DNA of 64,000 nucleotides, from positions 1,923,298 to 1,987,297 of the forward strand of contig CAVQDB010000005.1 of the NCBI GenBank assembly GCA_963711155.1. The letters run 5' to 3'. The stretch comes from an uncultured Armatimonadetes bacterium. GTDB taxonomy: Bacteria > Armatimonadota > UBA5829. How positions within the stretch are numbered: position 1 is the first letter of the stretch; the number at the start of each line of letters is the position of its first letter. The position numbers and the translations under genes were made by a program. Below are positions 28,740-38,713 of this stretch, piece by piece. The notes under the pieces were generated by a model. That model did not search any database. It was not told where the DNA came from and saw only the letters and a program-made list of their open reading frames with translations.

Positions 28740-28817
28740 GTTACGAAATACGAACTACGAAATACGAATTGGGAAGCGTGCGTCCTCATTCGTATTTCGT
28801 ATTTCGTAACTCGTAAC
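28740..28817. terminator. TACGAAW heptamer-word hairpin after pta
   Basis: gttacgaaatacgaactacgaaatacgaat, 18-nt loop, attcgtatttcgtatttcgtaactcgtaac. It begins 1 nt after the pta stop. Confidence 0.65.
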
Positions 28818-28841
28818 TGGAAACACCAGGTAACCCAGTCG

Positions 28842-30050
28842 ATGAAGATTCTTGTATTGAACAGTGGTAGTTCGTCTCTCAAGTATCAATTGATCGACTC
28901 CGAGACCGAGGAGGTGCTGGCCAAAGGCCTTGCCGAACGGATCGGGGTCGTGGGCGGTGGAGGCAAGATCAAGCACGAGGGGAAGTGCACCAAAGAAGTC
29001 GATGTGGACATGCCCGACCACGATAAGGCGATGGACCACGTCTTCGCGCTTCTTACCGACCCCGAATGCGGCGCGATATCGAGCGTTGATGAGATCGCGG
29101 CGGTCGGACACCGCGTGGTGCACGGCGGCGAGAAGTTCGTTCAGCCGACGCTGATGACCGAAGAAACCGTCGATGAGATCGACAAGCTCAGCGAGCTCGC
29201 GCCCCTGCACAATCCGCCGAACCTCAAGGGCATCCGGGCCTGTATGCGGTTGATGCCGAATGTGCCGCAGGTCGCCGTTTTCGACACGGCGTTCCACGCG
29301 ACCATCCCCGACTACGCCTACACCTACGCCCTGCCCTATAAGTCCTACACCGACTACGGCGTGCGGCGCTACGGCTTCCACGGCACCTCGCACAAATACG
29401 TCACCGGTCAGGCCCAGAAGATGCTCGCGGCCGTCGGGCACGACCCGGCCTCCACGAAGATCATCACCTGCCACCTCGGCAACGGCTGCAGCATGGCGGC
29501 GGTCGTGGGCGGCAAGGTGATCGACACGAGCATGGGCATGACGCCCGCCGAAGGGCTCGTGATGGGCACGCGCGGGGGCGACATGGACCCGGCTATTCTC
29601 GTCTACCTCGCCAAGGAGCTTCACGCACGCGCCGACGAGATCGACAACATCATCAACAAGAAAAGCGGATTGCTCGGGGTGTCGGGCGTGTCGAGCGATA
29701 TGCGCGACGTCGAACAGGCCGCCAACGACGGCAATAACCGCGCCAGGCTGGCGCTCGAGATATTCTGCTATCGCATAAAGAAATACATCGGCGCCTACGC
29801 GGCGGCGATGGGTGGCCTGGACGCGATTGTCTTTACCGGCGGGATCGGAGAGAACAGCGCGCCGGTGCGCTCGCGGGTGTGCAAGGGGCTGGGGTTCCTG
29901 GGCGTCGATCTCGATGAAGCCAGGAATGACTCCCTGCGCGGCCCGGCCGATATCAGCAAACCGTCGGGCTCCGTGCGAATCCTGCTCGTTCCGACCAACG
30001 AGGAGCGCATGATCGCACGCGAGACGGCGGAATTGATCGGGAAGAGCTGA
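28842..30050 (+). CDS. ackA: acetate kinase
   Basis: MKILVLNSGSSSLKYQL, VGHRVVHGG, FDTAFH and GFHGTSH motifs. Confidence 0.9.
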   Translation: MKILVLNSGSSSLKYQLIDSETEEVLAKGLAERIGVVGGGGKIKHEGKCTKEVDVDMPDHDKAMDHVFALLTDPECGAISSVDEIAAVGHRVVHGGEKFVQPTLMTEETVDEIDKLSELAPLHNPPNLKGIRACMRLMPNVPQVAVFDTAFHATIPDYAYTYALPYKSYTDYGVRRYGFHGTSHKYVTGQAQKMLAAVGHDPASTKIITCHLGNGCSMAAVVGGKVIDTSMGMTPAEGLVMGTRGGDMDPAILVYLAKELHARADEIDNIINKKSGLLGVSGVSSDMRDVEQAANDGNNRARLALEIFCYRIKKYIGAYAAAMGGLDAIVFTGGIGENSAPVRSRVCKGLGFLGVDLDEARNDSLRGPADISKPSGSVRILLVPTNEERMIARETAELIGKS

Positions 30051-30073
30051 TCCCTGTCATAGCGGCATCCCTT

Positions 30074-30108
30074 GATGCTTCGGTGCTCGTTTTTCGCACC
30101 GAAGCATC
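30074..30108 (+). terminator. 13-bp perfect stem-loop after ackA
   Basis: gatgcttcggtgc, tcgtttttc, gcaccgaagcatc. There is no clear trailing T-tract. Confidence 0.45.
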
Positions 30109-30206
30109 GTCGTGTATGAGCCTGTTCGGCGGCTTTTACGAATGTGCCGGGATTGTGGTAACATGGGTGGGCGTTTGTCGCCACGAGCCTGGAGTGGGAG
30201 GGCACT

Positions 30207-30753
30207 ATGAAGCTGGACCTAAGCGAGATCGCTGCCCACCTGGGCAAGCGCATCAAGTACCGAGATAGACGAAGAACCGATCGAGGATGACGCCGGCGGC
30301 CTAAAGTGCGTCGAGCGGGTCACGGGCAGCCTGGCGTTCTCCAACACCGGCCGCACTGTCGACGTTCGCGGCAAGTGCCGGACGGTGGTCGAGCTGGAAT
30401 GCGCGAGGTGTCTGAGGACCTATCGGCTGCCCGTCGAGCTCAACATCGAGGAGGAGCTTCCGCTCGAGGGGCATCCCTGGGCGCCGGAGAGCGACGAAGA
30501 GGAAGAGGAACTGCCGGAAGAGGAACGCGACCCTCTGTTCGTGGACAACGTCTTCGATCTGGAGGAGTATCTGCGGCAGGCGATACTGGTGAACGTGCCG
30601 ATCAAGCCGCTGTGCGAGGAGGCCTGCAAGGGCCTCTGCCCGCACTGCGGCGCTAACTTGAATGATGGACAGTGCGATTGCCGGCCGGATTCGACCGAAT
30701 CACCATTCGGCGCGCTGGCATCGCTGATCGAAGAAGGGGAGTTGGAAAGTTAG
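30207..30753 (+). CDS. yceD: DUF177 (YceD) family protein, one frameshift as assembled
   Basis: MKLDLSEIAAHLGKRIKY, then after an extra c at ~30261, EIDEEPIEDDAGGLKCVE...CARCLRTYRLPVE...CKGLCPHCGANLNDGQCDC. Upstream of rpmF as usual. Confidence 0.75.
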
Positions 30754-30833
30754 AAAGTTGAAAGTCCAAAGTTCAGGAGACCCTTTGCTGAGGACGACTC
30801 CCAACTTTCAACTTGCAGCTTTCGACTTTCAAC
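30741..30833. repeat. GAAAGTT heptamer-word hairpin overlapping the yceD stop
   Basis: gttggaaagttagaaagttgaaagtccaaagtt ... aactttcaacttgcagctttcgactttcaac. Confidence 0.6.
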
Positions 30834-30846
30834 TAGGAGAATACGA

Positions 30847-31047
30847 ATGCCTTTACCAAAAAGACGACATTCCAACCAGAGGACGCGGCTTCGCAGAACG
30901 CACTATAAGCTGGCCATGCCGGGCATCTCCGAGTGCCCGCGCTGTCACGCGCCCGCGCTTTCCCATCACGCATGCCCTTCATGCGGCTACTACAAAGGAC
31001 GACTTGTGGTTACGATCAAGGAGAAGCAGAAGAAGGGCGAGGACTAA
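30847..31047 (+). CDS. rpmF: 50S ribosomal protein L32
   Basis: MPLPKRRHSNQRTRLRRTHYKL...CPRCHAPALSHHACPSCGYYKGR. Confidence 0.9.
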   Translation: MPLPKRRHSNQRTRLRRTHYKLAMPGISECPRCHAPALSHHACPSCGYYKGRLVVTIKEKQKKGED

Positions 31048-31081
31048 CATTGCAGAGTGACGGCGCGAGAAGGATGCGCGC

Positions 31082-32089
31082 ATGATAATAGCCGTCGATG
31101 CAATGGGGGGCGACTTCGCGCCGGGCGAGATTGTTAGGGGCGCGGCTCAGGGCGGCAAACTCCACGGAGCAGACGTGATACTGGTCGGAGACGAGGCCAG
31201 AATCAAGCCCTGTCTGCCGCCTGAGTTCGCCAGGTCCGGCCACGTGACCATTCGCCACGCCGCCGACACCATAGCGATGGACGAGCACGCCGCGGCCGTC
31301 CGCACCAAGAAGGACGCGTCGGTGGTGGTCGCCGCGTCGCTCGTCAAGGAAGGCGAGGCGGACGCGATGGTCAGCGTCGGCAATACGGCCGCCGCGATGG
31401 CCGTAGCCACGCTTCGCCTCGGACGCATCCCAGGCATCGACCGCCCCGCCATAGCTGCCGTAATGCCCAGCGCGAGCGGCGCGAGTGTTCTGCTCGACGC
31501 GGGCGCGGTAGTCGATTGCTCGGTCGAGAATCTCAAGCAGTTCGCGGTGATGGGAAGCGTCTACGCCGAGAACGCGCTTGGAATCGCACGGCCTCGCGTA
31601 GGATTGCTCTCCGTCGGCGAGGAACGCAGCAAGGGCAGCGATCTGATAAAGGCCGCGCACGAGGAGCTGGTCGCGATGCCGATCAACTTCATCGGCAACG
31701 TCGAGGGCCGCGATCTTTTCTCCGGCGCGGCGGATGTGATCGTGGCGGATGGGTTCGCGGGGAATGTGGCGCTGAAGGCCGCCGAGGGGCTCGCGGAGTT
31801 CATCACAGACATCCTTCAAGGAGCAGGTCTATTCCCATCCGCTGGCTAAGATTCCGCTGGCGCTGCTTCTGCCCTATCTGCTGAAGTTCAAGAGGAAACT
31901 CGACTACAGCGAATACGGCGGCGCGCCGCTGCTGGGCCTCAATGGCGTGTGCATAATAGGCCACGGGCGTAGTAAGGCCCGTGCGGTGGCAAGCGCGGTG
32001 AGGGCGGCCAAAGAGGCCGTCAACGGCGGCGTCGTAGCAGCGATCCGCGATCGTCTCGCGGAGCCCGCAGCCGCTGAGAAACAGGCATA
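31082..32089 (+). CDS. plsX: phosphate acyltransferase PlsX, one frameshift as assembled
   Basis: IAVDAMGGDFAP...ADGFAGNVALKAAEG in the ORF 31082 frame. After ~31816 it reads KEQVYSHPLAKIPLALLLPYLLKFKRKLDYSEYGGAPLLGLNGVCIIGHGRS, ending at TAG 32087-89. Confidence 0.85.
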
Positions 32090-32105
32090 GAGGTTGGTTG
32101 ATACG

Positions 32106-33101
32106 ATGGGTGAGTTGAAAAACGCAGGAATCATAAGCATGGGCTCGGCAGTGCCCGAGAAGGTGCTGACGAACGCCGATCTGGAGAAGATTGTCGATAC
32201 ATCAGACGAGTGGATTCGCAACATGACCGGCATATCCGAGCGCCGGATTGCCGCTGACGGCGAAGCATGTTCGGACTACGCTGTGAAGGCGGCGAGAGTT
32301 GCGCTCGAAAGAGCGGGGCTGGAGCCCAAAGATATCGATCTTATCATAGTGGCGACGTTCACCGGGGACCAGCCGTTGCCATCTACTGCCTGCCTCGTAC
32401 AGCAGGAGCTTGGGTGTGTAGGTACGCCGGCATTCGATCTTGCAGCCGCCTGCTCTGGCTTCGTATACTCGCTTGCCTCGGCCGACGCGTTTATCCGAAG
32501 CGGCATGTATGAGCGCATTCTAGTCATTGGGGCCGACCTGCTCACTAGGGTCACCAACTGGACCGACCGCGGCACGTGCGTGGTGTTTGGCGACGGCGCG
32601 GGCGCGGCCGTAGTGGCGCCGGTCGAGCAGGGTCAGGGACTGTTGGCGTTCGACCTCGGCGCCGACGGCACCGGGTCGCAGTATCTCAGGATCGAGGCGG
32701 GCGGCAGCCGCATGCCTTGCACCCCTGAAAATCTGGCGGAGCACAGGGACAAGATAAGCATGGAGGGGCGGGAGGTCTTCAAGTTCGCGGTCAAGATCCA
32801 GGGCGAGGCAACCGAACGGGTGCTTGCGAAGTGCGGGATGACGACGGCAGACGTGGATATGGTGATCCCACACCAGGCAAACATTCGCATCATCGACTCA
32901 GCCGTGAACCGATTGGGACTCCCGCCGGAGAAGCTGTTCGTGAACATACACAAATACGGCAATACCTCGGCTGCGTCGATACCACTCGCCCTTAACGAGG
33001 CGATCGCCGAGGGCAAGGTCAAGAAGGACGACGTGGTCGTGATGGTCGGGTTCGGAGGCGGACTGACCTGGGCTGCGGGAGCGATGAAGTGGGCCTACTA
33101 G
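32106..33101 (+). CDS. fabH: 3-oxoacyl-ACP synthase III
   Basis: DTSDEWIRNMTGISERR, AACSGFVY, IPHQANIRI and GFGGGLTW motifs. Confidence 0.9.
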   Translation: MGELKNAGIISMGSAVPEKVLTNADLEKIVDTSDEWIRNMTGISERRIAADGEACSDYAVKAARVALERAGLEPKDIDLIIVATFTGDQPLPSTACLVQQELGCVGTPAFDLAAACSGFVYSLASADAFIRSGMYERILVIGADLLTRVTNWTDRGTCVVFGDGAGAAVVAPVEQGQGLLAFDLGADGTGSQYLRIEAGGSRMPCTPENLAEHRDKISMEGREVFKFAVKIQGEATERVLAKCGMTTADVDMVIPHQANIRIIDSAVNRLGLPPEKLFVNIHKYGNTSAASIPLALNEAIAEGKVKKDDVVVMVGFGGGLTWAAGAMKWAY

Positions 33102-33123
33102 ATACGGGAATGGGGAATGCGCA

Positions 33124-34020
33124 ATGGGGAGTAGGAAGGTTGCGTTCGTATTCCCCGGCCAGGGGTCGCAGTGCGTCGGGATGGGCAAGGAGCTTGCGGA
33201 GAACTATGCCGTGGCGGCGGACGTGTTCAAGCGCGCCGACGCTGCACTGGGCTACTCGATCTCGGAGCTGTGCTTCAACGGCCCTGAAGACGAGCTGAAG
33301 CAGACCATCAACGCGCAGCCCGCGCTCTTTGTGACCAGCGCGGCGGCGTATGAAGTCGCGCTTGAGAATGGCCTCCTGCCGGCGTTTGCCGCGGGTCACA
33401 GCATCGGCGAATACGCGGCGCTCTATGCGGCGGGCACATACACGCTCGAAGAGGGATTGAGGCTGGTTCGGACCCGCGCGCGGTTGATGCAGGACGCTGC
33501 CGAAGCCAATCCGGGCACGATGGCCGCGATTCTCGGCCTGTCGCCCGAACAGGCCACCGAAGCGGTCGAGAAATCGGCCGACGCCGGGATCGTCACCGCG
33601 GCCAACTTCAACAGCCCGATCCAGACGGTGATATCGGGCGAGGCGGCGGCGGTCGCGAAGGCGTCCGAGATCGCTTCCGAGATGGGCGCGAAGCGCGTCG
33701 TGCCGCTCAACGTCAGTGGCGCGTTTCACTCGCCTCTTATGCAGTCGGCGGCGGAAGCGCTCTATGAAGCGCTGAAGGGTGCTGAGATGTGCGATCCCAT
33801 GACGCCCGTGGTCGCGAACTATACCGCCGACTTCGAAACTACCGCCGCCGAAGTGCGCGCCAATCTAGCCAAACAGCTCACCGGCAGCGTGCGGTGGGTC
33901 GAGTCCGTACGCAGGATGCTTGACGCGGGGGCCGAAGCTTTCATAGAATTGGGGTCGGGTAACGTGCTGGCGGGGCTGATCAAGCGGATCGCGCCGGAAG
34001 CAGAGATCATTGAGTATTGA
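33124..34020 (+). CDS. fabD: malonyl CoA-ACP transacylase
   Basis: FVFPGQGSQ, AGHSIGEYAAL and VSGAFHSPLM motifs. Confidence 0.9.
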   Translation: MGSRKVAFVFPGQGSQCVGMGKELAENYAVAADVFKRADAALGYSISELCFNGPEDELKQTINAQPALFVTSAAAYEVALENGLLPAFAAGHSIGEYAALYAAGTYTLEEGLRLVRTRARLMQDAAEANPGTMAAILGLSPEQATEAVEKSADAGIVTAANFNSPIQTVISGEAAAVAKASEIASEMGAKRVVPLNVSGAFHSPLMQSAAEALYEALKGAEMCDPMTPVVANYTADFETTAAEVRANLAKQLTGSVRWVESVRRMLDAGAEAFIELGSGNVLAGLIKRIAPEAEIIEY

Positions 34021-34095
34021 TTATTGAGTATTGAGTATTTCCACCGAGTCCACGACTGCGTGGGCAATACTCAATACTCAATACGAAATACTCAG
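34009..34095. repeat. GAGTATT heptamer-word hairpin overlapping the fabD stop
   Basis: attgagtattgattattgagtattgagtatt, 25-nt loop, caatactcaatactcaatacgaaatactcag. Confidence 0.65.
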
Positions 34096-34110
34096 TCCGG
34101 AGGATTGAGG

Positions 34111-34860
34111 TTGCTACTTCAAGATCAGATAGCATTGGTGACCGGCGCAGGCCGGGCGGGAAAGGGCATCGGAAGATCGATCGCGCTGCGGCTCGCCAAA
34201 GAAGGCGCGAAGATCGCTATTGCCGACTTCGTCGCCGAGGCGGCGGACGCGGTCGCAAAAGAGGTCGCCGATATGGGGGGAGAGGCGCTGGCGGTCTACG
34301 GCAGCGTCGCCAACACCGAAGACGTCGAGAAGATGGTGCAGGCAACTGTTGACAGGTTCGGCAGAATCGATATACTAGTCAACAATGCCGGCATCACTCG
34401 CGATAACCTGATCGTGCGTATGAGCGAGCAGGAATGGGACATGGTGCTGGACACGAACCTCAAGGGCGTGTTCAACTGCACCAGGACCGTTGCCAGGTTG
34501 ATGATGCGCGAGCGCAAGGGCAAAATCGTCAACATGGCATCGGTGATGGGCATGATGGGAAACGCGGGGCAGGCCAATTACTCTGCCTCAAAGGGCGGCG
34601 TGATCGCGCTAACGAAGACTACCGCCAAGGAGCTTGGCTCGCGCGGGGTCAACGTCAACGCGGTCGCTCCGGGGTTCATCCAGACCGTGATGACCGAAGA
34701 AATGCCCGAGGACGCGAAGGCGGGTATCGCTCAACAGATACCCCTGAAGCGGCTTGGGACACCGGAGGATGTGGCGGAGGTCGTGCTGTTTTTGTGCAGC
34801 GAGGCGTCCAGCTACGTCACCGGACAAGTTATCGCCGTGGACGGCGGAATGGTTATGTAG
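34111..34860 (+). CDS. fabG: 3-oxoacyl-ACP reductase
   Basis: [23 protein letters not shown] and [13 protein letters not shown] motifs. TTG 34111 follows GGAGGA. The upstream part of ORF 34024 is repeat sequence. Confidence 0.85.
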   Translation: MLLQDQIALVTGAGRAGKGIGRSIALRLAKEGAKIAIADFVAEAADAVAKEVADMGGEALAVYGSVANTEDVEKMVQATVDRFGRIDILVNNAGITRDNLIVRMSEQEWDMVLDTNLKGVFNCTRTVARLMMRERKGKIVNMASVMGMMGNAGQANYSASKGGVIALTKTTAKELGSRGVNVNAVAPGFIQTVMTEEMPEDAKAGIAQQIPLKRLGTPEDVAEVVLFLCSEASSYVTGQVIAVDGGMVM

Positions 34861-34886
34861 GACGGAATTGCACAGGAGGATATGGG

Positions 34887-35120
34887 ATGTCTACTCTGGA
34901 CAGAGTCAAGAAAGTTGTTGTTGACAGGCTGAAAGTGAGCGCGGATGAGGTTACCGAGTCGGCGTCGTTCGTGGACGATCTGGGCGCGGATTCGCTGGAC
35001 GTGGTCGATCTGGTGATCGGCTTCGAGGACGAGTTCGAGGTTCAGATTCCCGACGAGGACGCGGAGAAGATCACCACCGTCAAGCAGGCCGTCGAATACA
35101 TCGACGCCAAGGCCGGCTAA
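34887..35120 (+). CDS. acpP: acyl carrier protein
   Basis: [15 protein letters not shown]...[13 protein letters not shown] (DSL phosphopantetheine site). ATG 34887 after GGAGGA. It is embedded in the spurious long ORF 34434..35120. Confidence 0.9.
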   Translation: MSTLDRVKKVVVDRLKVSADEVTESASFVDDLGADSLDVVDLVIGFEDEFEVQIPDEDAEKITTVKQAVEYIDAKAG

Positions 35121-35263
35121 GCCGTCCCGAGCACGGAAGCCCGAAACATAGAGAGCCAGAAACGGAAGTACCCTTTCTGCTTTTCTGGTTTTTGGGGATT
35201 CCATGCTCAGGCGATGCCGCCAACCAGCACAGTGTAGGCGGGGTACGATTCGCCATTTGCAGA

Positions 35264-35293
35264 GGTTCAAAGGCCTCAAGAGGCCTTTGAACC
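35264..35293 (+). terminator. 12-bp perfect stem-loop between acpP and fabF (terminator/attenuator candidate)
   Basis: GGTTCAAAGGCC, tcaaga, GGCCTTTGAACC, followed by ttt, about 20 nt before the fabF start. Confidence 0.45.
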
Positions 35294-35314
35294 TTTGGGC
35301 ATAGGTAGGGGTTA

Positions 35315-36553
35315 ATGCAGGAAAGAAGAGTTGTAGTAACCGGCCTTGGGGCGATCACTCCCCTGGGCAACACCGTTGATGAGTTCTGGGCGTCGGTAAA
35401 GGCGGGCAAGAACGGTATCGGACCGATAACGCATTTCGACGCCTCCCAGCACGCCACGCAGATAGCGGCGGAGGTTAAGGGCTTCGATCCGACCGAGTTC
35501 GTCGATGCAAAGTCCGCGCGGCAGATGGACACGTTCGTCCAATACGCGACCGCGGCGGCGCTCACCGCGATGAAGGACAGCGGACTCGAAGTCACCGAGG
35601 AAAACGGCCCTCGCGTCGGCGTGCTGATCGGATCGGGCATCGGCGGGGTCGAGACCTGGGAAGTGCAGCATATCAATTTGCTCAACAACGGCCCGAGGCG
35701 CGTCAGCCCGTTCTTTGTCCCGATGCTGATCGCGAATATGGCCAGCGGGATGGTGGCGATCCTTACCGGCGCCAAGGGACCGAACATGGCCGTGGTGACC
35801 GCGTGCGCGACCGCCAGCCACTCCACCGGCGAGGCCTGGCACATGATCCGGCGCGGCGATGCCGACGCGATGATCGTCGGCGGCGCCGAGGCAGCGATTC
35901 GACCGCTGAGTTGCGCCGGTTTCTGCACCATGAAGGCGATGACCACCCGCAACGACGATCCCGAGCACGCCAGCCGGCCGTTCGACAAAGATAGAGATGG
36001 GTTCGTAATGGGCGAGGGCGCGGGCGTTCTCATCATCGAAGAACTCGAGCACGCCAAGGCCCGCGGCGCGCACATCTACGCCGAGATCGTCGGCTACGGC
36101 TGCTCGGCGGACGCGTATCACATGGTCGTTATCGACCATCACGGCGCGGCGCGAAGCATGCAGAACTCGCTCGATAGCGCCGGCATTACCGCCGACAAGA
36201 TCGACTACATCAACGCGCACGGCACATCGACGCCGGTCGGCGATCCCGAGGAGTGCAAGGCGATCAAGCTGACGTTTGGCGACGCCGCGAAGAACGTGAT
36301 GGTCAGCTCGACGAAGTCCATGCACGGCCACCTGCTCGGCGCGGCGGGTGCGGTCGAGAGCATCGTGTGCATCAAGGCGATCAACGAGGGCATTGTCCCG
36401 CCGACCCGCAACCTGGTCGAGCCCGATACCGAGTGCACTCTCGATCTCATTCCGAACGAGGCGCGCGAAGCGAAGGTAGAATATGCGATGAACAACTCCT
36501 TCGGCTTCGGCGGCCAGAACGCGACGCTGATTTTCAGAAGGTTTGATGGTTAG
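35315..36553 (+). CDS. fabF: 3-oxoacyl-ACP synthase II
   Basis: [34 protein letters not shown] and NSFGFGGQN motifs. Confidence 0.9.
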   Translation: MQERRVVVTGLGAITPLGNTVDEFWASVKAGKNGIGPITHFDASQHATQIAAEVKGFDPTEFVDAKSARQMDTFVQYATAAALTAMKDSGLEVTEENGPRVGVLIGSGIGGVETWEVQHINLLNNGPRRVSPFFVPMLIANMASGMVAILTGAKGPNMAVVTACATASHSTGEAWHMIRRGDADAMIVGGAEAAIRPLSCAGFCTMKAMTTRNDDPEHASRPFDKDRDGFVMGEGAGVLIIEELEHAKARGAHIYAEIVGYGCSADAYHMVVIDHHGAARSMQNSLDSAGITADKIDYINAHGTSTPVGDPEECKAIKLTFGDAAKNVMVSSTKSMHGHLLGAAGAVESIVCIKAINEGIVPPTRNLVEPDTECTLDLIPNEAREAKVEYAMNNSFGFGGQNATLIFRRFDG

Positions 36554-36628
36554 TGGAAAGCTGAGAGTGGAAAGTGGAAAGCGGCCGGGCCGCTCGCAGC
36601 TTTCCACTTTCCGCTTTCCACTTTCCAC
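36553..36628. repeat. GGAAAGT heptamer-word hairpin after fabF
   Basis: gtggaaagctgagagtggaaagtggaaagcgg, loop, agctttccactttccgctttccactttccac. It starts at the fabF stop. Confidence 0.65.
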
Positions 36629-36640
36629 CCGGAGGTCTGC

Positions 36641-37837
36641 ATGTCACTCATATCCCGAAGAGCACGTAATGTAAGCCCGTCCGCCACCCTCGCCATCACT
36701 GCGAAGGCCAAGGCGATGCAGGCGGAAGGCATCGACGTCGTCAACTTCGGCGCCGGCGAGCCCGATTTCGACACGCCCCAGCACATCAAGGACGCGGCGG
36801 CGAAGTCGATGCAGTCCGGGTTCACGAAATACACGCCCACCTCCGGCACGCCCGACCTCAGAAAGGCGATCTGCGAGAAGCTCGCGCGCGACAACGGCCT
36901 CGAATACAAGCCCGGCGAGATCATCGTGTCGCTCGGCGCGAAGCATTCGATCTACAACGCGGCGTTGGCCGTGGTCGATCCCGGCGATGAGGTCATCATT
37001 CCCGCGCCGTATTGGGTCAGCTACCCGGAGATCGTGGGCCTCGCGGACGGCAAGCCGGTCTGCGTCGAGACCGACGAATCCACCGGCTTCACCGCGCCCA
37101 TCGACAAGCTGCGCGCGGCAGTCACGCCCAAAACGCGAATGCTGATCCTCAACAGCCCAGCAAACCCAACCGGCGCCATCTATAGTGGCAAGCAGATCGA
37201 GCAGATCGCGGAGCTGGCGGTCGAAAAGGGCTTCTACGTGCTCAGCGACGAGATCTACGAGAAGATCATCTACGACGGCAACGAGCACGTGAGCATCGCC
37301 TCGCTCGGCGACGAGATCAAGAAGCTCACGATCACCGTCAACGGCTTCTCCAAGGCGTTTTCCATGACCGGCTGGCGGCTGGGCTACGCCGCCGCCGAAC
37401 GCGACATCGTTGACGCGATGTCGGCGATCCAGAGCCACAGCGCGTCGAATTTGGTCTCGTTCACGCAGCCCGCGGCGGTCGCGGCGCTAGACGGCCCGCA
37501 GGAAACGGTCGATGACATGGTTGCGGAGTTCGACAAGCGGAGGCGTTACATCGTCGGCCGCCTCAACGCGATCGACGGAATCACGTGCACGATGCCCGGC
37601 GGCGCGTTTTACGTGTTCCCGAACGTGGGCAAGCTGTACGGCGGGGCATTCGACGGCAAGAAGATCGCCAACTCAGATGAGTTCGCCGACTTCTTGCTCG
37701 CCGAGGCGAAGGTGGCCGTCGTCGCCGGCAGCGGGTTCGGCGCGGACAACTACGTCCGGCTCTCCTATGCCACATCGATGGCAAACATAGAAAAGGGCCT
37801 GGACAGGATAGACGAGGCGGTGGCGAAGCTGGGATAG
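36641..37837 (+). CDS. class I PLP-dependent (aspartate) aminotransferase
   Basis: NFGAGEPDF, PANPTG and NGFSKAFSMTGWRLGY (Lys site), SYATS. Confidence 0.85.
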   Translation: MSLISRRARNVSPSATLAITAKAKAMQAEGIDVVNFGAGEPDFDTPQHIKDAAAKSMQSGFTKYTPTSGTPDLRKAICEKLARDNGLEYKPGEIIVSLGAKHSIYNAALAVVDPGDEVIIPAPYWVSYPEIVGLADGKPVCVETDESTGFTAPIDKLRAAVTPKTRMLILNSPANPTGAIYSGKQIEQIAELAVEKGFYVLSDEIYEKIIYDGNEHVSIASLGDEIKKLTITVNGFSKAFSMTGWRLGYAAAERDIVDAMSAIQSHSASNLVSFTQPAAVAALDGPQETVDDMVAEFDKRRRYIVGRLNAIDGITCTMPGGAFYVFPNVGKLYGGAFDGKKIANSDEFADFLLAEAKVAVVAGSGFGADNYVRLSYATSMANIEKGLDRIDEAVAKLG

Positions 37838-37878
37838 CCGTCAGTCATCGGTCGTCGGTCAAGAATCGCGGTTAGCAG

Positions 37879-38589
37879 ATGGCAAGCATCGAAGAACTCA
37901 GAGCACGCCTTAGCAGGGCGGCGGGCATGAGCGATCCAGTGGAGCGCCGGCTCTGGGTTCTCGCCGTCATCACTGAATGCCTGAGTCCGACCGGCATCCA
38001 GCCCGTGCTCGTGGGCGGAGCGGCTGTCGAGTTCTACACGTCGGGTGGGTACACGACGCTGGATGTGGATGTCGTCTGTGACAGCCAGGTGCTGGACGGC
38101 CCGATGTCCGATCTCGGCTTCGTCAAGGAGGGGCGCCACTGGATTCGCGAGGATCTTTCAATGGCGATAGAGGCCCCGTCGAGCAGCCTTCCGGTCGTTG
38201 AGCGTGAACGTGTGCTCGCCGTGCGCGTGGATGGCATGACGGCCTACGTGCTCGGCGTCGAGGACCTCATAATCGACCGCCTCAACGCGTTCGTGCACTG
38301 GCAGTCGAAGGAAGACGGGCGTTGGGCGGCCCACCTAATCGCGGAGAACCGTGATCAGATCGATTGGGACTACCTCAAGCGGCGCGCGGTCGAAGAGAAG
38401 TGCGACGCCGCGTTGAATGACATCCTCAAGGACTTGCAGCCAGTGAAAAGCGTGGACTATCAGGACTGGAAAAAGCAGCGACGAAGCAAGTTTGCCACCG
38501 CTGTCCGGGTTGAGAATTCGCTGGACAAGCAAAGGTCGGGCGGACGGCCGCGCGACCCGGAGAAAGAAACGCGTGCTCATCCGCCTTGA
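37879..38589 (+). CDS. hypothetical protein, minimal nucleotidyltransferase-fold-like (DUF6036/AbiEii-like flavour)
   Basis: VLVGGAAVEFYTSGGYTTLDVDVV and VLGVEDLIIDRLNAF. The 3' end is uncertain because ORF 38492..38686 overlaps it. Flanked by inverted GACTGAN heptamer arrays. Confidence 0.35.
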   Translation: MASIEELRARLSRAAGMSDPVERRLWVLAVITECLSPTGIQPVLVGGAAVEFYTSGGYTTLDVDVVCDSQVLDGPMSDLGFVKEGRHWIREDLSMAIEAPSSSLPVVERERVLAVRVDGMTAYVLGVEDLIIDRLNAFVHWQSKEDGRWAAHLIAENRDQIDWDYLKRRAVEEKCDAALNDILKDLQPVKSVDYQDWKKQRRSKFATAVRVENSLDKQRSGGRPRDPEKETRAHPP

Positions 38590-38713
38590 GAAAGCCCGCC
38601 GCCAGCGTCTGATCGAGTCGGGGAAGCTGACAATCCTCGGCCCGAGACTCTGGCAATGGCGCATCGACTTCCCGACTGAAGACTGACGACTGAGAACTGA
38701 TGACTAACAACTG

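Noticed and set aside
34434-35120. 228-aa ORF spanning the fabG 3' half and acpP
   Set aside because: Only the last 77 codons (from ATG 34887 behind a GGAGGA RBS) encode ACP. The upstream part is an out-of-frame overlap with fabG.
35080-36075. Long antisense and alternative-frame ORFs, e.g. 35080..36075(-), 35312..36628(-), 23023..24357(-), 49737..50801(-), 60046..61482(+), 4783..5967(-), 178..885(+), 1868..2689(-)
   Set aside because: They lie opposite or out of frame to strongly conserved genes (fabF, recG, RND, trmFO, nuoN, nuoL/M). Their translations are Arg/Pro/Gly/His-rich low-complexity sequence typical of shadow ORFs in GC-rich DNA.
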